Assembly: GCF_000283555.1 (NCBI RefSeq)
Contig: NC_016012.1
Location: 780,001-812,000 of the forward strand
Length of the DNA stretch: 32,000 nt
Source: Candidatus Arthromitus sp. SFB-rat-Yit
GTDB lineage: Bacteria > Bacillota > Clostridia > Clostridiales > Clostridiaceae
Reading direction: 5' to 3'
In this document: one piece after another, positions 9,966 to 18,932 of the stretch
Layout of the letters: each line of letters begins with the position of its first letter
Numbering within the stretch: position 1 is the first letter of the stretch
The notes under the pieces: model-generated
Told to the model about the DNA's origin: nothing
What the model saw: only the letters and a program-made list of their open reading frames with translations
Databases searched by the model: none
Made by a program: the position numbers and the translations under genes

Positions 9966-9997
9966 AAGGAGGCTATCTATATAGATAGCCTCCTTTT
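9964..9997. terminator. Bidirectional terminator between convergent cadA-like gene and sigG
   Basis: Perfect 34-nt palindrome AAAAGGAGGCTATCTAT/ATAGATAGCCTCCTTTT with T-runs in both directions. Confidence 0.9.
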
Positions 9998-9999
9998 TG

Positions 10000-10770
10000 T
10001 TATATATACTTTCTCATATGTTTTAAAGCCGTCTTTTCTAATCTAGATACTTGTGCTTGAGAAATACCAATTTCCTCAGCAACCTCCATTTGAGTTCTCC
10101 CAGTAAAAAATCTCAAATTCAATATCATAGTTTCTCTTTTATTTAATTTCTTCATAGCTTCCTTTATAGATATATCCTCTATCCAATTTTCATAACAATT
10201 TTTAGAATCACTTATTTGATCTAAAACAAAAATCGAATCTCCTCCATCATGATAAATAGGCTCAAATAATGATATTGGATCTTGTATAGCATCCAAAGCA
10301 AATACAACATCTTCCCTAGGAATATCTAATTCTTTAGCAATTTGTGATACTGTGGGTTCTTTATTATTTTCAGACATCAACTTATCTTTTACAATCAATG
10401 CTTTATACGCTATATCCCTAAGCGATCTACTAACCCTAATAGCATTGTTATCTCTTAAATATCTTCTAATTTCTCCTATTATCATAGGAACTGCATAAGT
10501 AGAAAATTTAACATTCTGTGTTAAATCAAAATTATCTAAAGCTTTAATAAGTCCTATACAACCAACTTGGAATAAATCATCTACATTTTCACCTCTATTA
10601 TTAAATCTATGTATAACACTCAATACTAATCTTAAATTTCCTTGTATAAACACTTCTCTAGAGTTTGTGTCACCATTTCTCATTTTTAATAAAAGTTCTT
10701 TCATTTCTTTGTCCTTAAGCACAGGTAGTTTAGCTGTATTAACTCCGCATATTTCAACCTTACTTATCAT
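10000..10770 (-). CDS. sigG: RNA polymerase sporulation sigma factor SigG
   Basis: 256 aa; N-terminal KVEICGVNTAKLPVL typical of SigG; region 2 RFNNRGENVDDLFQVGCIGLIKALDNFD; region 4 EVAEEIGISQAQVSRLEKTALKHMRKYI. Confidence 0.97.
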   Translation of the reverse strand: MISKVEICGVNTAKLPVLKDKEMKELLLKMRNGDTNSREVFIQGNLRLVLSVIHRFNNRGENVDDLFQVGCIGLIKALDNFDLTQNVKFSTYAVPMIIGEIRRYLRDNNAIRVSRSLRDIAYKALIVKDKLMSENNKEPTVSQIAKELDIPREDVVFALDAIQDPISLFEPIYHDGGDSIFVLDQISDSKNCYENWIEDISIKEAMKKLNKRETMILNLRFFTGRTQMEVAEEIGISQAQVSRLEKTALKHMRKYI

Positions 10771-10802
10771 AATATCAGCCCCTTCAGAGTACTTATCCTT
10801 CT

Positions 10803-10832
10803 TAGTATTACCGACATCTTTCGATAATATTC
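10803..10832 (-). promoter_or_regulatory. Candidate forespore (SigF/SigG-type) promoter for sigG
   Basis: Minus strand GAATA - 15 nt - GGTAATACTA, close to the SigF pattern GYWTA-N15/16-GGNNANAMTN. The -10 element ends 32 nt upstream of the sigG ATG. Confidence 0.5.
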
Positions 10833-10903
10833 ATTTTTTTTAACTGTTTTGTAATTTTTTTGTAGTGTTTAATTTACACAATTATTTAATATATAAAAAT
10901 TAA

Positions 10904-10939
10904 AGAAAACCTACTACAAATTAATGTAATAGGTTTTCT
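10904..10939 (-). terminator. Terminator downstream of sigE
   Basis: Perfect 10-bp stem agaaaaccta/taggttttct, followed on the minus strand by TTTAATTTTTATAT. Confidence 0.75.
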
Positions 10940-10971
10940 CTAAAATAATTTAATTATAATTTGATATTAAA

Positions 10972-11682
10972 TTATAACATTTTATTTATTTCCTTTTTTA
11001 ATTTCTTAATAATTCTCTTTTCTAACCTAGAGATATATGATTGTGAAATTCCCAAAATATCCGCTACTTCTTTTTGGGTTTTTTCCAAATATCCATTTAA
11101 ACCAAATCGTAGAGATATTATTTCATGTTCTCTATTATTTAATGATTCCATTGCTATAACAAGCAAACTTCTATCAATTTCCTCTTCAATGAATTCAAAA
11201 ACATTACTATCACTAGATCCAAGTATGTCTGATAGTAATAATTCGTTTCCATCCCAATCTGTATTTAACGGTTCATAAAATGAAATTTCTCCCTTTATTT
11301 TATTCATTCTCCTCAAATACATCAATATTTCATTTTCAATGCATCTCGAGGCATATGTCGCTAGTTTTATTTTTTTATCTGGATTAAAAGTATTAACCGC
11401 CTTAATAAGCCCGATAGTCCCAACAGATATAAGATCTTCTACCATAATTCCAGTATTTTCAAATTTTTTAGCAATATAAACAACCAATCTTAAATTTCTT
11501 TCAATCAATATTGTTCTTATATTTTCTGTATCCGTAACCAATAATTTATTTATTAAATCATCTTCTTCATCACGTGTTAATGGTGGTGGTAATGCATCGC
11601 TACTACCTATATAAAAAATAGCACGAGTTATATATTTAAATTTATAAATCAAATTATTAATGAAAATTATTATCTTCCTCAT
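10972..11682 (-). CDS. sigE: RNA polymerase sporulation sigma factor SigE (pro-sigma-E)
   Basis: ORF track start 11706, but GGGGGAAGG-TTA-ATG places the likely start at M9 (11682). Hydrophobic/basic pro-region, [63 protein letters not shown]. Confidence 0.95.
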   Translation of the reverse strand: MRKIIIFINNLIYKFKYITRAIFYIGSSDALPPPLTRDEEDDLINKLLVTDTENIRTILIERNLRLVVYIAKKFENTGIMVEDLISVGTIGLIKAVNTFNPDKKIKLATYASRCIENEILMYLRRMNKIKGEISFYEPLNTDWDGNELLLSDILGSSDSNVFEFIEEEIDRSLLVIAMESLNNREHEIISLRFGLNGYLEKTQKEVADILGISQSYISRLEKRIIKKLKKEINKML

Positions 11683-11693
11683 TAACCTTCCCC

Positions 11694-12464
11694 CTAAATT
11701 ATGCATCTAGATAATATTGCTTCAAAACGTTTATTAGGATCTAATGATGTATAAGTTGTACACAAAATAATATCCGCATAAAAATCTTTATTGTTGTTTT
11801 TAAAATGAACATTTTTAACTTTTATACCTTCAAAATATGATACATCTCCTGTTATAACTTTATATGGTATTTTATAGAAATATTTTTCATGGTAAAAAAT
11901 GCCTGGAATACATCTTTTTTCTACAATTATTACTGGTAGACCAGACACTGGTTCATACAACTCATTACCTGTATCCAAAAATCCATTAAATTTATAAATT
12001 TTATTTTGATAGTTTAATTCTATTTCAAATATGTAATTATTAAAAAATGTATTTCTAGTTATATATTTTTTTACAATACCATATATGACAAAAACAACAA
12101 TAAAAATTACAAATATGATTTTATAATTTATATTTACAAACCACGTGCTTAAAAATTTAATAATCCCAAATAATATAAATGATGTAAAGAACATGCTCAC
12201 AATTATCTGTATAAAATAATTAACTCTTATCTCAGGAACACATAAAATTAATCCAGCAAATGTGCTGGTCAATATAATAAATAACAAATAAATCACAGAA
12301 TTTAAATTTATTAAAATCAAACTAGATATAAATGATGATACAATTGATGCAAATAATAATCTATAAAAATTCAACTTTAAATTTAATATTTTAAAAGATG
12401 TATATAGAATAAATAAATTAAAAATGAAGTTCTCAAATATAAACAAATCATAATAAATAATCAT
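11694..12464 (-). CDS. spoIIGA: Sigma-E processing peptidase SpoIIGA
   Basis: 256 aa; N-terminal multi-TM half, C-terminal aspartic-protease-like [32 protein letters not shown]. Adjacent to sigE. Confidence 0.92.
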   Translation of the reverse strand: MIIYYDLFIFENFIFNLFILYTSFKILNLKLNFYRLLFASIVSSFISSLILINLNSVIYLLFIILTSTFAGLILCVPEIRVNYFIQIIVSMFFTSFILFGIIKFLSTWFVNINYKIIFVIFIVVFVIYGIVKKYITRNTFFNNYIFEIELNYQNKIYKFNGFLDTGNELYEPVSGLPVIIVEKRCIPGIFYHEKYFYKIPYKVITGDVSYFEGIKVKNVHFKNNNKDFYADIILCTTYTSLDPNKRFEAILSRCII

Positions 12465-12601
12465 ATTTAAGTCCTCCTATTTACCTTTATTTATTATAGA
12501 AGTTATTTAATTAAAATTTTGTTGTTTTTACTGTAAACAATATATTTTTTTATGTAATATTTTACAATATTTATATGATCCATGTTAATTCTCACTTAAA
12601 A

Positions 12602-12651
12602 AAACGAGAAGACTAGCATAAAAATTTTAAAATACGCCAGTCTTCTCGTTT
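12602..12651 (-). terminator. Terminator downstream of ftsZ
   Basis: Perfect 13-bp stem aaacgagaagact/agtcttctcgttt with a 24-nt A/T-rich loop, followed by a T-tract on the minus strand. Confidence 0.65.
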
Positions 12652-12668
12652 AAATTTTAAACTATGTA

Positions 12669-13814
12669 TTATTTATTAAAATCACGTTTCCTTAAAAAGG
12701 CAGGAATACCATAATCATCTTCTTTATCATTGTTCTTCTTATTAACATCCTCCCTTTCAATTGGAGGTTCTTCTTTATCTTCTTTTATTGTCTTAGAAAT
12801 ATCAGGTTTTGTTACTAAAATCTCTTCTTTAAATATCTCGCTTACTTTTCTATTTGCACTTCCTTCAAAACCAGTAGCTATTAAAGTTACTCTAATTTCG
12901 TCTTTTAAATCTTCATCTATAACAGCTCCAAACATAAATACTGCATCTTCATCTGTAGATTCTTGAACCATATTTCCAGCTTCATGAATTTCATGCAGTG
13001 ATAAATCAGGTCCACCTGTAACATTCATAAGTACACCTGTAGCTCCAATTATAGATGTTTCGAGTAATGGCGATGATATTGCTTGCTTAGCTGCCTCTAT
13101 AGCTCTATTTTCACCAGTACCCCTACCTATACCCATATGAGCAAGACCTCTATCACTCATAATTGCTTTTACATCAGCAAAATCTCTATTAACTATACCT
13201 GGTATAGTTATAAGATCAGATATACCCTGAACACCTTGTCTTAAAACATCATCCGCTTTCTTAAAAGCTTCAAGTAAAGATGTTTTTTTATCAACCATTG
13301 TTAACAATCTTTCATTTGGTATTGTCACTAAAGTATCAACTTTACTCATCAAATTAGATATACCCATATCTGCTTGCATCATTCTTTTTCTTCCTTCAAA
13401 TGGAAAAGGTTTTGTAACAACACCAACCGTTAATATTCCCAACGATTTTGCTATTTCTGCAACAACTGGAGCAGCACCCGTTCCCGTTCCTCCTCCCATT
13501 CCCGCGGTTATAAATACAAGCTCTGCTCCTTGTATAGCATCCTTTATCATATCTTTACTTTCTTCAGCAGCTTTTTCACCAATATCTGGATTCGCTCCAG
13601 CTCCAAGACCTCTTGTCAACTTCTCACCTATTTGAATCTTAGATTCAGCCTTAGATAATCTTAAAGCTTGATTATCAGTATTAACAACAATAAATTCTAC
13701 ATTTTTAAGACCATCTTCTATCATTCTATTAACAGCGTTCCCTCCGCCGCCACCACATCCAATTACTTTTATTCTTGCATTTTGAAAAATACTATTCATA
13801 TCAAAATCTAACAC
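12669..13814 (-). CDS. ftsZ: Cell division protein FtsZ
   Basis: 381 aa; [23 protein letters not shown] tubulin signature, NVDTQAL-like [11 protein letters not shown]-terminal peptide [15 protein letters not shown]. Confidence 0.98.
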   Translation of the reverse strand: MLDFDMNSIFQNARIKVIGCGGGGGNAVNRMIEDGLKNVEFIVVNTDNQALRLSKAESKIQIGEKLTRGLGAGANPDIGEKAAEESKDMIKDAIQGAELVFITAGMGGGTGTGAAPVVAEIAKSLGILTVGVVTKPFPFEGRKRMMQADMGISNLMSKVDTLVTIPNERLLTMVDKKTSLLEAFKKADDVLRQGVQGISDLITIPGIVNRDFADVKAIMSDRGLAHMGIGRGTGENRAIEAAKQAISSPLLETSIIGATGVLMNVTGGPDLSLHEIHEAGNMVQESTDEDAVFMFGAVIDEDLKDEIRVTLIATGFEGSANRKVSEIFKEEILVTKPDISKTIKEDKEEPPIEREDVNKKNNDKEDDYGIPAFLRKRDFNK

Positions 13815-13962
13815 ACTAATTCCTCCTGTTTTATTAGAAAAGCTAAAATTTAAATTTTGTATTAAAAATATGGAAATTTATATATAAAAATTTAAATACA
13901 CCGCAGCTTACAGAACTATGTACATAAGAAATATATTCAACAAAAATCCTTAAACTCCTTGT

Positions 13963-15231
13963 TTAATTCTTAAATTTTTCTAGTTCATTAATGCTTACAT
14001 TTCTTGAATGATCCGTGTGAAACCACTCTTTTTTATTTTTATTCAAAATTCCTTGTATTGCTATAGGTACCCATGTAATTATATAAAATGGATATATAAA
14101 TATATAATACATTAAAACTTTAAAATTTAATTTAGAATCTAAATGTATCATTATAGGAGTTATCATAAACTGGAATATAAAATACGCTAATGATATAAAT
14201 CTTATAGCTTTAAATTCAAAAACCAATGGTTGTCCCATAAAAATACCAACTAATGATAATAATAATCTAGACATATTAAATATTGAAACTATTCCAAGTA
14301 TAGTTATTACTATAGGTTGTATTGAATATAACGCACAATCCAAAGCTTTCAAATCCCTATGAGAAAATACTCTTTCAATTAATTTCAAGAAATACCTACT
14401 TGATACATCAGCAAATCCTTGCATCCACCTTTTTCTTTGATTCCATGATTGTTTTAATGTAAGAGGTTTTTCATCATAAACAACAGCCTTATACGCAAAA
14501 ACAACCCTCATATTATTCATTATTAGTTTACAAGTAAATTCTAAATCTTCAGTAAGGCATGTAGCTCCCCAGCCAACTTTTTTAAGCGTTTCAATATCTA
14601 AACAAAATCCTGTACCAGATAATTGACAAGATAATCCTAAATTATCTCTACACAACTGAAATAATCTATTATTGCTCCAAAACGCTATAGAATAACTCAT
14701 TGTAAGCCAATTATCATTTGGATTCTTACTATCAATATAACCTTGGATAACTTTATATCCATTGTTTAATTTTGTATTCATCTCTGTTAGGAAGTTAGGA
14801 GACACTATATTATCAGCATCCAATACAATAATAGCAGAATATCTATCTCCCATATCAAATATTTTATTAAACATCCATTCTAGAGCATATCCTTTTCCTT
14901 TATTATTATCGTCAAACCTTTCATATACCAATGCTCCTTGAGCTAGAGAATACTCTTTTGTTTTATCTGTACAATTATCCGCTACAACAAAAACATCATA
15001 AAATTCTTTATCGTAATTCAAACCTTTCAAACTTTTCAAGCTATTAGAAATAACCTTCTCTTCATCATGAGCAGCAATAACAATAGCAAATCTATTTTTC
15101 TTATCAAGCTTTTTATTTTTTCTGTTTTTCAAAAGAAGACCCAGTATTGAAATTGCCAAATAATAAAATGAAATAATATAAACTAAATTCACAATAATTG
15201 AAGCTATTTTTTCAATTAAATCAAAAAACAA
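13963..15231 (-). CDS. Membrane-associated processive glycosyltransferase, family 2
   Basis: 422 aa; TTG start after AGGAGG. VIAAHDEEKVI, VLDADN, LTEDLEFTCKL and Q(RK)RW motifs (D,D,D,QxxRW) with N- and C-terminal TM helices. Confidence 0.88.
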   Translation of the reverse strand: MFFDLIEKIASIIVNLVYIISFYYLAISILGLLLKNRKNKKLDKKNRFAIVIAAHDEEKVISNSLKSLKGLNYDKEFYDVFVVADNCTDKTKEYSLAQGALVYERFDDNNKGKGYALEWMFNKIFDMGDRYSAIIVLDADNIVSPNFLTEMNTKLNNGYKVIQGYIDSKNPNDNWLTMSYSIAFWSNNRLFQLCRDNLGLSCQLSGTGFCLDIETLKKVGWGATCLTEDLEFTCKLIMNNMRVVFAYKAVVYDEKPLTLKQSWNQRKRWMQGFADVSSRYFLKLIERVFSHRDLKALDCALYSIQPIVITILGIVSIFNMSRLLLSLVGIFMGQPLVFEFKAIRFISLAYFIFQFMITPIMIHLDSKLNFKVLMYYIFIYPFYIITWVPIAIQGILNKNKKEWFHTDHSRNVSINELEKFKN

Positions 15232-15286
15232 ATTGATATACCTCCTCTTAATAGCTACTTTCTTAAATACATTACTACAATATTAC

Positions 15287-16339
15287 TTAATAATTCAATA
15301 TAATTTTTGCAGCAATTTCTTTATTAGATACATTTTGAACAAAAACCTCTCTTGAAATAAGTCCTTCTTTGTAAGCGTTTATCAAAGAATTGTCCATGGT
15401 ACATATACCTAATTTCGTATTGTTCTGCATTAAAGTATATAGGTTTTTAATATTATTTTCTCTTATACAGTTAGCTATTATTGGAATATTGATCATAAAT
15501 TCAAACAAATATAAATTGTTTTGATTTTTATCAAAAATGTTTTTTTGGTGAATCATACATCTTAACATACTTGGTAAAATATTTTTAAGATAAGTTTTAT
15601 CCTTTGGTTCCATTCCAAATAAAAATTCCAATGTTCTTTGTATGCTATTTGAATAAAATGTTGCTATAACAAGTATACCCGCATCACAGCATTTCATTAT
15701 CAGCTTCATAACTTCATAATTTGGTATATCATCAATAACCAAAATATCTGGTCTTTCTCTAAACGCAGACTCAATACCACTTATATACGAGTCCGTATCA
15801 GTTCCCATTTCCCTTTGATTAACTATAGACTTATTATGCCTATATAGAATATCAATAGTTGATTCAAGCGTAATGATATATTTTGAATATGTATTGCTAA
15901 TTTTTTGAATAATTGTTGAAAGTGTAAAATTTTTTCCACTATTGATTGATCCAATTATTAATACTAATCCATTTTTTAATTGAGATACAAAATTGTAAAT
16001 ATTATTTGGAATATCAATTTCATTATTAAACTCATTTCTAGATAATATTTTAATTGATATTGCAATACTGTTTCTTTGTCTAAAAATATTAGCTTTAAAC
16101 CTTCCAATACCTGGTATCGAAAATGATATGTACTTTTCTTCAGTTTCAAATAATTCAGTAAACTTATCCCCTAAAATTTCTTTTGCATAAGTTGTAAGAT
16201 CATCTGAATTTAATTTTTTCTCAAACATAACTTCCAAATCCGAATTAACACGACCAAATATATTTGCACCAACGCTTAAATATATGTATGAAAACTCTTT
16301 ATCGCAAGCTAACTTTAATATATCTTGTAATGACAACAT
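15287..16339 (-). CDS. Divergent PilT-like (type IV pilus retraction/T2SS superfamily) ATPase homologue with degenerate catalytic motifs
   Basis: 350 aa; PilT-like layout with retained VNQREMG and FRERPDILVIDD. The Walker A position reads GSINSGKN rather than GPTGSGKS. Confidence 0.8.
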   Translation of the reverse strand: MLSLQDILKLACDKEFSYIYLSVGANIFGRVNSDLEVMFEKKLNSDDLTTYAKEILGDKFTELFETEEKYISFSIPGIGRFKANIFRQRNSIAISIKILSRNEFNNEIDIPNNIYNFVSQLKNGLVLIIGSINSGKNFTLSTIIQKISNTYSKYIITLESTIDILYRHNKSIVNQREMGTDTDSYISGIESAFRERPDILVIDDIPNYEVMKLIMKCCDAGILVIATFYSNSIQRTLEFLFGMEPKDKTYLKNILPSMLRCMIHQKNIFDKNQNNLYLFEFMINIPIIANCIRENNIKNLYTLMQNNTKLGICTMDNSLINAYKEGLISREVFVQNVSNKEIAAKIILNY

Positions 16340-16432
16340 AGCTACTACAAAAGAGTACGATACTCTTATTCCTCTCTCAAAAATAGTTTATATTAGTTTA
16401 TATTTCCCAAAATATATTTTTATATACAAAAA

Positions 16433-16462
16433 TAACCATCCCTAAATGCAGAGATGGTTATC
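16433..16462 (-). terminator. Terminator downstream of sigK
   Basis: 9-bp perfect stem ataaccatc/gatggttat, followed by TTTTTGTATATAAAAA on the minus strand. Confidence 0.65.
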
Positions 16463-16465
16463 ATA

Positions 16466-17155
16466 TTACTTTTTAACAAATAATTCTTTATTCAATTTCA
16501 TTAACGCTTTCTTTTCAATTCGTGAAACATAAGATCTTGAGATATTTAATTTTTTAGATATTTCCTTTTGTGTTTTAATCTTTCCATCTATCAATCCATA
16601 TCTCAATTTTATTATAAGTTGTTCCTTCTCAGTCAAAATATCATTAAGCTTTTTATACATTTTTTTAATCGTTAATTTTTGTTCAACAATGTCAATTATT
16701 GTATCATCACTACTATTTAATACATCTATCAAAGAAATTTCATTTCCTTCTTTGTCTGTTCCTATAGGATCTTGAAGAAATACTTCATTTTTCGTCTTTT
16801 TAGAATTTCTTATCAACATTAAAATTTCATTTTCTATACATCTTGCAGCATAAGTTGCAAGTTTAGTTCCTTTTACATAATCAAAAGACTCTATACCTTT
16901 TATAAGTCCTATCGTTCCAACAGATATTAAATCTTCCACATCTCTTACCGATGAAAATTTTTTAGCTATATGAACAACCAATCTCAAATTTCTTTCAATT
17001 AAAATATTCTTAGCTTTTAAATCTCCTGCTTTAAATCTATCTATATATTCTTTTTCCTGTTCGCTAGTTAATGGGTTTGGGAATGAATTATTTCCAACTA
17101 TATATCCTACAAATAAAACTACGCTACTGATGATCTCAAATAAGTTGTCTATCAA
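16466..17155 (-). CDS. sigK: RNA polymerase sporulation sigma factor SigK (pro-sigma-K), uninterrupted
   Basis: 229 aa; hydrophobic N-terminal pro-region, [64 protein letters not shown]. One continuous ORF. Confidence 0.94.
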   Translation of the reverse strand: MIDNLFEIISSVVLFVGYIVGNNSFPNPLTSEQEKEYIDRFKAGDLKAKNILIERNLRLVVHIAKKFSSVRDVEDLISVGTIGLIKGIESFDYVKGTKLATYAARCIENEILMLIRNSKKTKNEVFLQDPIGTDKEGNEISLIDVLNSSDDTIIDIVEQKLTIKKMYKKLNDILTEKEQLIIKLRYGLIDGKIKTQKEISKKLNISRSYVSRIEKKALMKLNKELFVKK

Positions 17156-17191
17156 TTAAGATCCCCCTATTAAATGCTCAAAAACAAAAAA

Positions 17192-18790
17192 CTAAAAAGT
17201 ACTGCTATAATAATCTACTATTTCTTTAAAAATTGGACCTGCTGTATTTCCTCCAAACTGTCCCTCTTCATTTATGTTTTCAACAAACACAAACATTGAA
17301 TAATATTTGTTTCTATGTTTAAAATATCCTAATACCCATCCATCTGAAACAAGACTTTCTCCATCAAACCTTTCAGTTGTACCTGTTTTAATTCCACTTT
17401 CTAGACTGTTAATTTTAATATTCTTTCCTGTCCCATTTTCCAAAGTATTTATTAACATATCTTTCATTATGTTTGCTGTATCTTTTTTCAATACTTTGTC
17501 AGAATCAACCTCAAATTCTTTTATAATTTCATTATTTTCATTCACGATTTGATCAACCAACTTTAGTCTATTATAAACACCATTATTTAAAATAGTATTT
17601 GTTATACTCAAAGCTTGTAATGGTTCAATTAACATATTTTGTCCCATAGATAAAAATAAAGGTCCATCCTCATATTCTTTAGGTTCGGCATAACTTCCAC
17701 TAGCTTCTCTCAAATCACTAAACCCCAATACTTTCTTAAATAACCCTTGATCCTCAGCATAACTTTTAATCAAATCCCAACCAATCTCTTTTCCTATTTC
17801 TGCAAATATATTATTACATGAAACGGCAAGAGCATCTTCTATAGTTAAGGTTCCTGAATGCCTATTTTTACATAAATTATACCTGCTATTTTCACAGTTG
17901 AAAGTATGTTTAGATGTGAAAATTCCGGAATCAATAGCAGCCTCTGCAACTACAAGTTTAAAAACTGAACCTGGAACATATCCAAGGCTTGCAGATCCAA
18001 GAATAATATTAGGATTATACTCGTTTTTTTGGACTAATGCTTTTATTTCTCCAGTTGTCGCTTCCGATATAGCAATTGCTATACCATCAAATTGATCATA
18101 TTTTTTATCTTTAATTATATTTTTTATCCCCTCTTGTAACTCTTTATTTATAGTTAATTTTAAATTATTATTATCTTCATCTACGACTTTTTTACCATTC
18201 TTAACATAATTGAAATCAATCTTTGGATACTTATTATTTTCAATATAGTTATGATACTCATCATTTGTTGAATTTTCGGAAATTTCCTTAATTAAAATAT
18301 TTTGAATTGACCACGCTTCATTCTCATTAAATTCGTTGTACTCGTAAAGATAAACCCCATTTATATCTTGCAAAGTTTTTAATTTATCATATGTATACTT
18401 GTCAACCTCAAACTTAAAATTGTATCCAGGATTCTCTTGAAATTTTTGAATCAAATCAAAATCTTTGTTATAGTTTTTTAAAATAGATGTGAATGTTAAA
18501 ATCTTCTCCATTTCTATATTATTATTATAGTTTTTAAATATGTTAGATTTTACTTGTACTATATATTTATTATTATACTTAATTAAATCATTGAAATTCT
18601 CATCAAGAATTCTATAATTTAAATTACTTGTCCTATAATCTAAATTGTATTGATTCGTTGCTATGGATACATACTTATCTGATTTTGTACCTAACTGTAT
18701 AAATGCAAGTCTAAAAATTATAACAAGGATACTCAATCCAAACAAAATATTTATAAATCTTATTCTCACTCTGATATTATTTTTATCCAT
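17192..18790 (-). CDS. Class B penicillin-binding protein (D,D-transpeptidase)
   Basis: 532 aa; one N-terminal TM; SxxK GSVFKLVVAE, SxN SCNN, KTG GIKTGTTE. Confidence 0.9.
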   Translation of the reverse strand: MDKNNIRVRIRFINILFGLSILVIIFRLAFIQLGTKSDKYVSIATNQYNLDYRTSNLNYRILDENFNDLIKYNNKYIVQVKSNIFKNYNNNIEMEKILTFTSILKNYNKDFDLIQKFQENPGYNFKFEVDKYTYDKLKTLQDINGVYLYEYNEFNENEAWSIQNILIKEISENSTNDEYHNYIENNKYPKIDFNYVKNGKKVVDEDNNNLKLTINKELQEGIKNIIKDKKYDQFDGIAIAISEATTGEIKALVQKNEYNPNIILGSASLGYVPGSVFKLVVAEAAIDSGIFTSKHTFNCENSRYNLCKNRHSGTLTIEDALAVSCNNIFAEIGKEIGWDLIKSYAEDQGLFKKVLGFSDLREASGSYAEPKEYEDGPLFLSMGQNMLIEPLQALSITNTILNNGVYNRLKLVDQIVNENNEIIKEFEVDSDKVLKKDTANIMKDMLINTLENGTGKNIKINSLESGIKTGTTERFDGESLVSDGWVLGYFKHRNKYYSMFVFVENINEEGQFGGNTAGPIFKEIVDYYSSTF

Positions 18791-18895
18791 AAATAAAACC
18801 CCACTCTATTGATCCAAAAGAAATATTTGTATAAATCATTTCAAATATTTTTAAAAATATTCACATAAATTAACAAATTCTCAAAAACAAATTCA

Positions 18896-18924
18896 GAGCT
18901 AGAATAAATTAATTATTCTAGCTC
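18896..18924 (-). terminator. Terminator downstream of the U32 peptidase gene
   Basis: Perfect 12-bp stem gagctagaataa/ttattctagctc with a 5-nt loop. T-rich TTTGTTTTTG follows on the minus strand. Confidence 0.75.
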
Positions 18925-18932
18925 CAAATATT

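Noticed and set aside
12465-12600. Spo0A-boxes/long-spacer spoIIG-type promoter upstream of spoIIGA
   Set aside because: A TATAAT and a strong AGGAGG are present, but no recognisable TTGTCGAA-type 0A box and no credible -35 at the expected distance were found by eye.
15287-16339. A functional type IV pilus locus
   Set aside because: Only a single PilT-like gene with degenerate motifs is present; no pilin, assembly ATPase or platform gene is in the window.
18791-18895. SigE-type promoter upstream of the PBP-sigK pair
   Set aside because: GAATATT and TATACAAA-like pieces are present but their spacing does not fit the SigE consensus. It cannot be supported.
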